A stretch of 63,127 nt of DNA, the filler included, from Octopus bimaculoides (lineage: Eukaryota): assembly GCF_001194135.2 (NCBI RefSeq). It is 5 parts of 5 records of this genome, joined end to end, with 100 filler letters (N's around TTAATTAATTAA, not from the genome) between each part and the next. Parts side by side here need not be neighbours in the genome. Positions count along the whole stretch, not along the records: positions 41,154 to 58,657 come from NC_068995.1; positions 58,758 to 63,127 come from NC_069008.1; 3 more parts are not named here. One strand, 5' to 3'. Every line of letters begins with the position of its first letter. Positions within the stretch are counted from its first letter, which is position 1. Shown here one piece after another: positions 48,436 through 61,345 of this stretch. The position numbers were made by a program, and so were the translations under genes. The notes below the pieces were generated by a model. That model saw only the letters and a program-made list of their open reading frames with translations. It searched no databases and was not told the origin of the DNA.

Positions 48436-48826
48436 GAATGCATGCATGTATGTGTGTACGTATATTGGTGTTTCTCTGTCTAGGTATATTTGTACAATAG
48501 TGTGTATGAGCATATGCTTGTAGACAAAAAACAACAACAAACCTGGGTCAACAAACTTATCTGGATAAACTCATGCATTTATCTACAGATGAGACCAACA
48601 GACAAGCCTGGCTGTTCTGTACCTTAAGATATGGATGTGTAATCTAAAGTAGCCGACACATGTACATCTTACATCATGCATTTGACGTTAGACATTAGCT
48701 AACAAATGTTTCTGTACATTAGATTAGCCTTGGTCCTATAATGGACATATCTCAAGTACTTTTATGCTTTTTGCATTAAAACTACAAATACACAAACGCA
48801 ACATATAGAATATCGGTGCTTGGTGC

Positions 48827-48861
<35 letters not shown>

Positions 48862-49160
48862 NNNNNNNNNNNNNNNNNNNNNNNNNNNNNNNNNNNNNNN
48901 NNNNNNNNNNNNNNNNNNNNNNNNNNNNNNNNNNNNNNNNNNNNNNNNNNNNNNNNNNNNNNNNNNNNNNNNNNNNNNNNNNNNNNNNNNNNNNNNNNNN
49001 NNNNNNNNNNNNNNNNNNNNNNNNNNNNNNNNNNNNNNNNNNNNNNNNNNNNNNNNNNNNNNNNNNNNNNNNNNNNNNNNNNNNNNNNNNNNNNNNNNNN
49101 NNNNNNNNNNNNNNNNNNNNNNNNNNNNNNNNNNNNNNNNNNNNNNNNNNNNNNNNNNNN

Positions 49161-49203
<43 letters not shown>

Positions 49204-50007
49204 TTGTGTGTGTGTGTGCGTTTGTGTGTGTGTGTGTCTGCGTGCGTGTGGATGTGTGCCTTTGTGTCTCTGTTTGTTCCCCACTCTCCGCTTGACAACT
49301 GGTGTTGGTGTGTTTACGCCCCCATAATTTCGGCACAAGACTAGCAATTTCGGGTGAGAGCAAGTCAGTTAGATCGACCCCAGTGTTGGACTGCTACTTA
49401 TTTTATTGACACCGAAATGATGAAAGGTAAAGTCGACCTCATGCACGAATGACAGTCAGCAAAACGAACTGGCACTTGTGGGCTGTCACGGGGCTGTTTT
49501 AAACGTCGCAATGACGTTTAACCGGCTCCCCTGTTGTTTGTGTCGCTCCCACTGTTGTCTGTGTCGATGGCGTAGGCGAGGCCGGAGTGTGCTCCCAGTT
49601 GTTATGTCCAGTTCTATCTTTCTCTTATGGCCGTTCGATAAGAATCGAAACCTGGCCAGTTTGATAGCGTACAGGTTGTTGCTCATGCTAAAAGATATCA
49701 AATAATGCTTGTGTGTGTATATGCACGTAGACGATAGAAACAGGGCAGTGTTTCAGTGGAGTTTCTTAACAGGTTCTCTATGAAGATGTCCCCTTCCTTC
49801 GTCCCCCAAGGCTTCCTTAATTTTAACGTTTTCTTCTATTAATTTATATAAACCTCTATATTAAGGACTCCTTGAAATGGTGGGTGCTGCATCGGTTATA
49901 TTATTCTTGTTTCATTCGTTGGAGTGTGTATCCATGCTGGGGTATCGCATGGATTAAATTGACCAACAAACTAACACTTGTTATCAAGCGAAATGGGAGA
50001 CAAATAA

Positions 50008-50038
<31 letters not shown>

Positions 50039-50095
50039 ATCTCATAAGAACACATATGATTATGTAAATTCATACATTCACACACGTGCGCACAG

Positions 50096-50136
<41 letters not shown>

Positions 50137-50896
50137 CGCGCTCACACACATATATGACGAGCTTCTTTTGGTTTCCGTCTACCAAATGTTCTCACTAAAC
50201 TTTGGTCGATCCGGAGCTATAGTAAAAGACATGTGCCCAAGGTGCCTCGTAGTGAGATCGAGCCTACGACCTTATGATTGGGAAGCTAGCTTCTAACCTA
50301 CATAGCCATCTCATTATGCAAAAAATTAAAAATAGTTTCGTCTGACACACTTCTTAACATTCTGTTTACTAACTCATTTAGAAGACTTTAGATCAGCAGT
50401 TCTCAAACGCGGCTCCCAGGTCGCATGTGGCCATGAAGCAACCTTCCAGGGGCCCTCAACAGTCTTCCCTCTACAGATATAAATTTTACTTTAATTCACT
50501 TGCGTTTTACGTTTTTTGGGGTGCGGGCCCCTAAAAAAAGAAATCCCAGGTTTTCGATCTGTTTGGATATTAAACAGGTTGAGAACAAGTGCTTGAGATG
50601 AACCTTACTCTGGGGCAGAAATCATTTGCCCCATGGTACTGTATAGAGGGTTAAATATAAACTGGAAACTGCGTTTTCTATGAAACGAACCACGTTGTCT
50701 CAGAATCATGCTCGTGTTTATAGATAAATGCAGTCAGCCGATAAGAGAGTCTACCGTATTATATAACATTATATATTTATGTATAAAAACAATTTGAGGG
50801 ACATTTGTTCCTGCACAAAACAAACCTCTGTGTTTAATGTACATTTGTATGCATGTATGCGTGTGTGTGTGCGTGTGTGTGTGCGCGTGTGTGTGC

Positions 50897-50933
<37 letters not shown>

Positions 50934-50981
50934 TATGATGTATTTCTGCTCAAATTGAAGCTGAATGTTACACACCCACAC

Positions 50982-51058
<77 letters not shown>

Positions 51059-51313
51059 TACACACTCACACACACGTACATAAGTATATATATATATAAC
51101 CCCATGATATACGTGTGGATGTTATTTACATGTGGTACGTATATTTTGTGTGTCTGCGGACGTGTGCGTGTAAATGTGTGTATATATGCGTCTGTGTGTT
51201 TATTCGTGTGTATGTGTATGTGTGTGTATGTGTGCATATGTATACGAATGTGTGATGAGGGTGTGAAAAATAATTCTCCAGATGTCGTTGCAGTATGTGG
51301 TATGTGTATATAC

Positions 51314-51353
<40 letters not shown>

Positions 51354-51586
51354 GAGTGTATGTGTAAGAGAATTTTGTGTTATGCATGTGTATACTTGTG
51401 TAGTGTATGTCTTGTGTGTGTATGTTTGTGCGTCTGTGCGTGCGTGCGTGTGTGTGTGTGTGTGTGTAAGAAGTCGTGTATATGCATATATAACCGAGTA
51501 TATGACCCCAAATTTTCAAATAGACACAAACACACACACGTCATATGTATACACACACATATACGTATATTCACACACACACACAA

Positions 51587-51633
<47 letters not shown>

Positions 51634-51763
51634 CATGTGATATAGCAAACGGTATTCACACAGTTCGTAGCAAATGATAAAGCCAGCCATATTGACATAT
51701 ACCCAGTCGCATTCATGCATGCATGCACACACATGCGCACGCGCGCAAGCACACATGATTGCG

Positions 51764-51802
<39 letters not shown>

Positions 51803-52260
51803 TCATGCGTTTGTACCCTCTTGCTAAATCTACGTGTGTGGTTGGTGTATACACGTGTGTTAGTTTACATACATCTCTGCCAAAAACTGATGCTTCGGCG
51901 TCCATGAAAACTGTGTCAGTCACTGACCGAGACACACCGAAGCAAGGAGGGAGAAACAGGGAGAAAGAGAAAGAGTCAGAGAGGGAGAGAGTGGGGGAAG
52001 AGAGTGAGAGAGAGGGGGGGGGAGAGAGTGAGAGAGAGAATGGAGAATGTGATGATAAAGCGTGTATTCGTTTTAGAGAGAGTAAGCATGGTTGAGAGAG
52101 AAGTAACGTAACGAAGAAGACAGAGAGAGAGAGAGAGAGAGAGCAGACAGGCAGCTAGAACAGTCAACCAGCCAGCCAGCCAACCAGCGAGCCAACCACC
52201 AAGCCAGCCAACCAGCGAGCCAACCACCAAGCCAACCAGCCAGCCAGCGAGAAAACAAAA
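47550..52260. repeat. Microsatellite-dense tract ((GT)n, (AT)n, (ATAC)n, (CTAT)n, (CCAG)n, (GA)n)
   Basis: Direct inspection. Similar arrays occur throughout the window, e.g. 57220-57380, 59120-59630, 41820-43070. Confidence 0.9.
50394..50591. mobile_element. hAT-Charlie-like MITE
   Basis: Ends CAGCAGTTCTCAAAC / GGTTGAGAACAAGTG resemble the CAGTGGTTCTCAACC consensus. 8-bp TSD CTTTAGAT/CTTGAGAT (7/8). Confidence 0.7.
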
Positions 52261-52635
52261 CTTTCAAACAGACTGACAGGCAGGACTCTTGGGGGTATAG
52301 AGAGTAATTTGAATGTGACAAACAGGCAAGGGATTAGGAGGGGGGAGGAAGGATTGATTTGGTGAGAGAGTGGCAGAGTCGGAAGGGGGAGAGCGAGCGA
52401 GAGAGAGAGAGAGAGAGAGTAGCATGTGTAGGAGGGAAAAGGAGAAGGGAGAACGAAGAGACAGAGTAAGAAAGCGAACGATAGAAGACAGAATTAGAAA
52501 GAGAGAGAGCAGACAGAAAGAGGAAGAGGGAGAGAGAAAGAAGGGGAGACAAAGGGTGAGAAGAAAGAGAATTCTGCCTGTTTACAAATTAGCGAATTTG
52601 TTTCTTTCCGTATCTGTTTATGGTAACGAATCAGA

Positions 52636-52670
<35 letters not shown>

Positions 52671-53004
52671 AAAAAAAAAGAGAGGAGGTGCCCGATATCA
52701 TAATATATAAGAGGAACAGTCAAAAAGCCGCTTCGTTAGCAGCCGATAATTGCTGTTTTTTAATTAATGACACGTCGTTAAAAGCCCAAATATATCTATT
52801 AGACTGTCCATCACGGTGGCAGCTTAATTTACGGCTGCTTTATAAGCAGCTGATCTATGCATTGATTGAAAAAAGCAGAAACCGAATACGTCTTTTCTGA
52901 AGAATGGTCAATAAAAGCTGAAACAGTCCGTTAGGAGACCATAAAAAAAGAATGAAATTATATCTTTATTTAATTCGCACGTGCGGCGTCTGAAGGATGA
53001 AGGG

Positions 53005-53500
53005 TCTCCACGCGTAATCTCATGGAAGATCCTAGAAGAACCTGGTCCCTACTTCAAAGGGAGCAAGCGTTGCAAGCTGTGCATAGTTGAACAGGCGAGA
53101 ATATGAAAGCAATCCCTCGACCCGGGGAACATCTTAAATTCCAGGATGGAAGCCTTCGGACCTTGCTTACACTTAAGGAGATTCCTACTGAAGTCCTGGA
53201 ACCCGCAAGCCGACCACTTCGACTACGGATAGCCGCCTAAGGAAGACAATCCCTTGCGCTCAACCGTTTGTCCGAACGGTCAACTAGTAGCTACGAGAAC
53301 TAGTAGCTACTAGAACTAGTAGCTACTAGAACTAGTAGCTACTAGAACTAGTAGCTACGCGCTCTCCTTCCAATTTGAGGAGAGATCATAAGACACCGAC
53401 CATGAGGAAACGCCGTAAAGCTAAGCGCTTTATGGACGTGAAAACCAGGCTAACCCCATAGACCGGCCATAGCTATCTTTATCTAATTACTCTACTGCTC
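53005..53500 (+). mobile_element. Penelope-like element 3' end and pseudo-LTR region
   Basis: ISWKILEEPGPYFKGSKRCKLCIVE...LNSRMEAFGPCLH. Downstream are a palindromic minisatellite and a degenerate hammerhead-like motif. Confidence 0.75.
53282..53359. repeat. 16-bp tandem repeat containing the 14-bp palindrome CTAGTAGCTACTAG
   Basis: Five units of AACTAGTAGCTACTAG, three of them perfect. Confidence 0.9.
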
Positions 53501-54289
53501 TAAAACCATATGCGTTTTCCATCTTTTTTCATGTAATAATAATTTCAGTGTATAATAAATTGTTTGCTTGTCTGCACTAAAATGCATGCAACGTATTATA
53601 CAATTGTATATTTACAAACCAATGCAGATAAAGAAAGCTAGCACATCAGGTCACCAAACATTATGGTTACACCAATGATTCAACTCTAAAGACGGCGTGT
53701 TGTTCGCGCATTTTACTATAGCGTGCAAAGTATCGTGAGAATATTGTTACAACCAATAAAATCGCCAGCGTCGAATCTAAAATTACACGAAAGTCAATTT
53801 CTTCTTCCTTTTACTTGTAATCTTTGAGTTGGTTTTCACTATGCCTTTTGCGATTATCAACGCTTCCATTTTCTCTCTTTTGTTAATTTTTGAATTCTTT
53901 ATAAAATTGCAGCGCTGTCAATGAATACTTCTCTATCTAACAGTATTTGCGTACTGTATTATATCGATGTGCTCTTTGTTGGAAATGCATGGTCAGCCGA
54001 TGAAAACGTGCCATAATTGTATATCCGATGAAATACTTTGAGAAATGACATCTTTTATGTTTACATCGAACTTTGCCGTCTGAAGAAGGTTCTGTGGCTT
54101 GCAAATTTGTGGTCGCGTGTTGCGGAAGAGGAGGGCCTTCAATCTGGTGTTTTTGTAATATATTTTAATTACGAGATTGCGGTTAGTTGTGGTATATGTG
54201 CTCTCCTTTATTTATTTATTTATTTATTTATTTATCTATTTATTTTTTTGACATACTCAAAACCAGTCTGCAAGCGTATGTTACGCATA

Positions 54290-55150
54290 GTTACTGTGGT
54301 TTTAGTGAGAGCTGCACCAGTTGTGGAGGAATTAATTTCTTTATTTAAAGTTTCTACATTGGATGAACATTTACAGCCTCGTCAAAGAAGGAATTTTATT
54401 ACAGATGTTTCATATCTATTTAGAACTCATCATGCATAATGTGATGCTATGTTTATTACTTATTCCTATATTTATATAAAAATTGGAGTTGTGTTATGGT
54501 TTGAATTTATACGAGAGATGTTATGGTTTGTAAACGCAAAGAGGGTTTTATTGTCAAAATTTTTTAATCTATCAGTCGGAGCGCTCTTACCTGTCGCATT
54601 GAATGTCATCAGTCTCACCTGGTGTGGATTGAGTGATTATACTTGAAAATAAATTCGTTTTCAAATTTAGTCACATTGAATGCTGCCAATGTGAGCCCTA
54701 ATGGAGAACCCATTGCCGACCCGTCTTCTTGAGTGTAGAGATTAGTCTGAAAACAACGGAAGGGAATATCAATTGTGCAAGCCAACAGATACTTTGGAGT
54801 TGTGTCGACAGAAGAAAAATACGAAGTTGTAGTTTAGATTTCTAATACTATGTAAAAATAATAAAAAATAAACCCCAAAATCTCATAAGAAGGATTGCAT
54901 TTGGACGCTCAGAATTTACAAAACATTCGGTGTAAACCATCTCATTCTGCAAAAGGTTGAAGCTGTGAATATTAAATACCTTGGTTACGCCCTTGACCAA
55001 TTTCCACCGTCATCGATCCATTGACCGTTGAATACCCTCTCGCAAGCTAAACGTATCGACGATTTCTAGCTCCGGATTAGCTTCGAAAACGTTTAAAGGC
55101 CACATGTCTTTAAAAGTGAATTTATTGCTCCCCGTCACCATTTTTTATGT
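54290..55150 (-). mobile_element. Penelope-like element RT remnant
   Basis: IVDTFSLREGI, LYTQEDGSAMGSPLGLTLA (QxxGxxMGSP motif) and SVIKFLL.RGCKCSSNVETLNKEIN. Confidence 0.8.
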
Positions 55151-55649
55151 AAAAATAAATTCTGGTGACGTTAGCTAGGAGCATTGAGACATGTTTCATG
55201 AAGATAGCCTAATAAGAGAGGGTAAAGTAGAAAGGCCGCTGGGATACTGTATATGGCTTCTGGTTAGAAAAGATGAAAGCACCCACAAAAGAAAAGTGTG
55301 ACATTCAAAGCACTTTTAATGTGAATTTCAATTTTTAAGCTGTACCATATTTTCTGCGAAAACATCAGACTGATTTATTTTTCTCTCATCATTGGAATAT
55401 AAAAGATGTCAACATTTAGTCTTAAATGAAAATTGTATAAAACTCTGATTAAATATAAAACTAAAACTATTTTCGGACACATCGATGACTAACGGAAAGC
55501 ACGTCCGTCATCAAAACAAAACGAAAAAGAAAAACACACAGACACACTACAAAATAGCTCAAAATAGCTGCGTTACCTAGAATTCATATCACTCAATTTT
55601 AGTGCTGAGCATTTTCTTTTTCATCCATTGTTTACGCTTAAATTTTTAC

Positions 55650-55703
<54 letters not shown>

Positions 55704-57224
55704 TTGTCTGTCTATTAATTATTCTCTTTTTTTTTCTCCACACGCATATATGTACTTATGTGGGTGTGTTGTGTTATATTAATATATATTTGAAAGTACT
55801 CCAAATGTGAACTGAAGTAGAATTCAATGCAATATGCTGTGAAGCTAAACAGAATCGTCAAAAGTACGAACGATAAATTCGACTTAAGCAGGATTGGAAC
55901 TCGACCGGAGGGACAGTTAAAGACAAACCTTGTATCTGATAGGTTAACAATTTTGTCAACTCACTAACGTTCGCGATTTCTACGAAACTGTAGCTAAATA
56001 TCTCTCAAACATGCATTCAGTTAATTTTAATACTTTTGTGTCATAGAAATGCTGCATAACATAATCTTACATACACTAGGTGTGAGAAAACGAAAACACC
56101 TAAATCTAAAAAAAGATTGGAGGGTCTGCATGACTCAAAAAGCTTAGGCCATAGAATAGATCTGTTCCTACAATTACTGGTCAATGTTTAAGGACATCCT
56201 CTGAATCATATTCATTGACTAACTAATTACATATTCCACTTGTCTTCAGATTGGTTGCTCTTAACCGGACTCTTGCTCAGCCACTGATATGAGAACAGGA
56301 TTTCAATAACACGACCTATGCCTTTCGCCCCGGACAGTTCATCGTTATTCTAGGAAAGGCATGATGTTTCCTGACACGAAAAATAACCGAATTCATTTCC
56401 TCTGACTCCAGAGTTTGTGCGAGTACTGCGAAAGTGTATACAGTAAAAGCTGAATGGCTGTTCGCATTGCAAACACGAGGTCGAATACATACATACATAT
56501 ATACATACATACATACATACATACATACATACATACATTCATACAAATATACATCCCGGAGCGCCAAGTCGCATATGTGGTGTGGGAGACTGTTTATCGA
56601 AATGCGATATTATCTCCAAAGTTGAAGCCACAACTATCCACCTTGTTAAATAACTGGCTAATCTTTGATGTCCGAATGTCCTTCCATGTAGCATTTATGA
56701 GCAACCAGTTGGTTTAATTGCAATATACATTCACCCAGGGTAGAGGACCTGATGCAGGTTTATTCAAGATTGTACCCGCGCTGGTTGGTGAAGCGAACTT
56801 TACGATATATATATACATATATATATACGCGCAGAGATACCTGGCATTGCTCGGGATTGAAACAAGGCCAGCAATTTTGGGCGAGAATTAAGTCGATTAC
56901 ATCGACCCTAGTGTTCAAATGAAATTTATTTATTTTTGATCCTGTAAGGGTAAAAGGCAAAGTCAACCTCAGCGTAATTTGAACTCAGAACATATATTAA
57001 AAAAAAACAAAACAAAGAGAAATTATGCAAAGAACTTCGCCCGGTGTGCTAATTATTCTGTCATAATGAAAATGAGAAACGGAAATGGAAACGACAAAAT
57101 GAGTATTCCTGAGTTCGTAAAATGGAAAAATAAGAACTTTTACTAAAATCAAACTGTGCTAAAAGAAAGGTGTGTAAACCATCTAAACCTTGTAAACCAA
57201 AAGACGACCCTCTGTGTATGTGTT

Positions 57225-57360
<136 letters not shown>

Positions 57361-59244
57361 TTTGTGTGTGTGTGTGTATGTCTTTGGGTATGTACGAGAG
57401 GGTGCTGAAAAGCTCTTAGATTTGGGTAGATGAAAATACAGGAGGATCAGTTAATTATGATTGTATTCAACATATTCCACTCTCGGATTCACGCACTTAT
57501 TGCAGCGGTCCGTGTGAATGTATGTGTATGTGTGTGTGTGTGTGTGTATAAATATATATGCGTGTATGTGTGCTCGCATTCATTCTGGAAACGGCAAAAA
57601 GGGAGCTTTTCATACATAGATCCATCAATTTCATTCGCGAGAGAATTCCAAAAAACAGAATATGATCGGATGTATATAGAATCGGTGAACCTTCTTAAAG
57701 ATTGTGAGACGAAATTAATAGTAAACCTTTTTTGACATCATTTCTAGAACATCTTGTGTGTGTGGGTGTTCGTATGTTTGTGTGTGTGTGTGTTAGTTTC
57801 ATCTAGTTTTCAAGCATTTGGGTCGGTGTATAATTGTCTGTCTCTTCTTAGCCACTTTCTTGGTTTGTACCCGTATTTAAAAGCAATTTCCGGCTCCTCT
57901 TGTTCTAAGTTCATATGCGGCTGAGGTCAACATTTCATGGTGGGTCGGAGAAATGGAAGATATATAATAAATAAATTACCAGACTCCAAAATAATATCAA
58001 ACCTTGTCCCTGTTTTAGAAACAATTATATTTCAAGGGAGGGTATGTGAGGCTTGGGGTGTGGTTAAATAAAAGGTGGAAATCGATTTTGGTGAGATTTG
58101 ATTAGAAAGCAGTTACATGAAATTATATATCGCGAAGTATATTTAAGAAGCAAACGAAAAAACTATAAAAATAAAATTAAAAAATAAAGACAGCTAAGTG
58201 AAAAAAAAGTGTACAACCGTTTACCGTTTCTGCTGATCTCTTGGCGTACATTTACTTAATATTTTTTGTGACGGGTGGAGTTCATCAGAAATGCACTAAG
58301 AACATGAATTTTGCTGTCAATGTAACAATTTTTTTATTTATTTATCCATTTTTGTTTTTGTCGAAGAGTGCATTATGTGATGAATGAATTCCCCAGATGT
58401 AGTTTGTCTGTTTCATCTGACGTTCCTTTGTAATATGGTTCCGTTACTTAAAAAAACAACGCAATGAACAAAATAAATAAATAAATAAATAGATAAAAAC
58501 AGACTCATCCCCAAAAGTGAAGAATACGCACCAAAAAAATGGGGAACTCATTGACACTAACTAGTTCTTGTAAATTCAACTTATCGTCATCATCATCATT
58601 CTTCTTCTTCTTCTTCTTCTTCTTCTTCTTCTTCTTCTTCTTCTTCTTCTTCTTCTTNNNNNNNNNNNNNNNNNNNNNNNNNNNNNNNNNNNNNNNNNNN
58701 NTTAATTAATTAANNNNNNNNNNNNNNNNNNNNNNNNNNNNNNNNNNNNNNNNNNNNCTAAGTAGTAATAAAGGGAACTTGTTATGTTATTATCAGCCCG
58801 GATATCCTCGATGCGCGTTCGAACTGGGGAAGAGAGCTACTCGCTGCGTTTTGTAACGGAGGATATATCTTGTTTGTTGAGCAATGGCGTGTACAGGCGT
58901 AGATCAGCTCGCAGCGCCACCTATCTAGACTGTGAGGTGCTAGCTGAGGGTGCTTCAGCGTGACACGGGAATTCAAAGGGGGGGGGTCACAGCTGGCCCC
59001 TTTTGAATTACAGGTACAACTTATTTTTGCCGGCTCAAGGACACAGCGCACCGTCAGGGATCGAGCTCATGACCTCACAACCGTGAGTCGAATACACTAA
59101 CCACTATGCCACACACCTTAACACGTACACACTTGCATACATGCAAACATACACATACATGCATACATACAGACATACACACACACATGTATATGCATAC
59201 ATACACACACACATATATATATATATACATACATACATATATAA

Positions 59245-59299
<55 letters not shown>

Positions 59300-59401
59300 N
59301 NNNNNNNNNNNNNNNNNNNNNNNNNNNNNNNNNNNNNNNNNNNNNNNNNNNNNNNNNNNNNNNNNNNNNNNNNNNNNNNNNNNNNNNNNNNNNNNNNNNN
59401 N

Positions 59402-59463
<62 letters not shown>

Positions 59464-59723
59464 AGATGCATACATACATACAAATCTGCATATACATACA
59501 CACATAAATACATGCACACATGCATGCATACATACATACATACATATAGACAGACATACATACACAGATACATACACACATACGTACACACATACGTACA
59601 CACATACATACACAAATACATACATACATACATTCAACCAAAAATTCCTCGAGGCGCTGCACCAGCATGGCTGCAGTCTAATTGACGGCAACAAGTAAAA
59701 AAAAAGAGGAACAGAATACTCAC

Positions 59724-59856
59724 GAACAGTTTTCTGCATTCTGTGCAAAGATCGCAATATCGATCCAGGGTGTCGGGTGCCAATAAGGGTAATAGTCCCT
59801 CTCCTCTGGACACTCGTAACCTCGTCTGACACCATTGCGATTCTGGCGGGTGCTGG
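59724..59856 (-). CDS. DD3-3: DD3-3-like protein, partial exon (..[42 protein letters not shown]); 5' end hidden in the gap 59857-60026
   Basis: [21 protein letters not shown] is the most conserved DD3-3 block as I recall it. Donor TC|gtgagt (phase 2). Confidence 0.9.
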
Positions 59857-60026
59857 NNNNNNNNNNNNNNNNNNNNNNNNNNNNNNNNNNNNNNNNNNNN
59901 NNNNNNNNNNNNNNNNNNNNNNNNNNNNNNNNNNNNNNNNNNNNNNNNNNNNNNNNNNNNNNNNNNNNNNNNNNNNNNNNNNNNNNNNNNNNNNNNNNNN
60001 NNNNNNNNNNNNNNNNNNNNNNNNNN

Positions 60027-60135
60027 ACGGGGGAGGAAGAGAAGGGGGAACGGGGGAGGAAGAGAAGGGGAACGGGGGAGGAAGAGAAGGGGGACGGGGG
60101 AGGAAGAGAAGGTGGAACGGGGGAAGGAAGAGAAG
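60027..60135. repeat. Purine-rich ~22-bp minisatellite
   Basis: CGGGGGAGGAAGAGAAGGGGGAA repeated next to the gap. Confidence 0.8.
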
Positions 60136-60331
60136 GAGGGGAAGGGGATGATGATGAAGAGGAGGAGAATGTGGAAGAGGTGTTTGAGGAGGGTGGTGGT
60201 GGTGGTGGTGGCGAGGAAGAATATGGTGATGACGTGGGGGAGGAGGAGGATGGTGATGGTGATGAGGAGGAGGAAAAGGAGGCTGGTGACGACGATGATG
60301 ATGACGACTGGAGAACCCTTCACGAACTCAC

Positions 60332-60514
60332 CTCCATTTTGTTCCCGTTGCATGCACTTATCATACCAGTCCCAACTCTCGTGTAAACCCCGATCCGACC
60401 TCACGATCCTCTTGTAAATATCGTACGTCTTCAGATCTCTCGGGTAACCAAATCTGTAGATGTAGCTTTGCGCATTCGTATTTGTGCCATCTCTTAGCTG
60501 ATCACGGGGATCAT
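60332..60514 (-). CDS. DD3-3: DD3-3-like protein, internal exon (DDPRDQLRDGTNTNAQSYIYRFGYPRDLKTYDIYKRIVRSDRGLHESWDWYDKCMQREQNG)
   Basis: 183-nt exon, ttccag|AT...GGA G|gtgagt, phase 1/1, compatible with the previous exon (G+AT=Asp). RDGTNTN and RGLHESWDWYDKC resemble DD3-3 motifs. Confidence 0.92.
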
Positions 60515-60602
60515 CTGGAATATAATATAATCAATGATAGATTATCCAATTATTGACTTTTGGAAAATTGGTAGATCAATTTCGAATCATATCTTTTATT
60601 TT

Positions 60603-61065
60603 AAATTACGATAAACGTAAACAAACAAACGAAGGTTGCTTTTCGAAGCGTTGAGATGTCTTTTAGAAAGTTAAAGAAGTGATTTTAAATTCTCAATCGC
60701 AGAAAAATGCTAATAATATAGCATGACCAGGATAAACTACCCCTATTTTGCAGAGAAAAGTGAAGGTGGCTAGCTGTGGACTCGAACTCACATCCCCGTA
60801 ATTACGCGTCACGATGCTTTGACCGATTAACCTAAACTACCCACTACAAATTCCTCTGCAAATTAAGATATATAAATCTCGCTTTATGAGACGCTCTCAT
60901 ATGTTAAATTCAAATTACGATAAACGTAAACAAACAAACGAAGGTTGCTTTTAGAAGCGTTGAGATGTCTTAGAAAGTTAAAGAAGTGATTTTAAATTCT
61001 CAATCGCAGAATAATGCTAATAATAAAGTCTGAACAGGATAAGCTACCCCTATTTTGCAGAAAGT
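60603..61065. repeat. ~155-bp direct repeat pair, period 309 bp, flanking the tRNA-like sequence
   Basis: AAATTACGATAAACGTAAACAAACAAACGAAGG...CCCTATTTTGCAG at 60603 and 60912. Confidence 0.85.
60767..60842 (-). pseudogene. Degenerate tRNA-Thr(CGT)-like sequence
   Basis: Cloverleaf remnants: acceptor GGGTAGT/GCTAGCC, anticodon arm CGTGA-CG-CGT-AA-TTACG, T-loop GTTCGAGT. Mismatches at G3, position 33 and the T-stem. Confidence 0.5.
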
Positions 61066-61345
61066 AGTGGGGGAGCATCATAGCCATGTATTGAAAGGGA
61101 TTTGGTGGGGAGAGTTGCTTAAATGTAACAAAAGCAAAATTTGTAGAAAATATTAGCCATCTTTCATAATTTCTAGGGGTAAGCAAATAGTAACTGCTAC
61201 CCAAGAACACAAAAAAAATCGGGTTACACAGTGTAATAACTAAAGAAGTGAAACACAACCATTGCAGGTGTTATTACTAGCATAATGACCCTCCCAAGAC
61301 GCAACAAAAGGGAATAGAATAAAAGAAGAAAATAAACCAACTGAC

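Noticed and set aside
58340-58450. Minus-strand NYIWGI, similar to a DD3-3 NY.WAIP motif
   Set aside because: The surrounding residues do not align, there is no good acceptor or donor, and the frame closes quickly.
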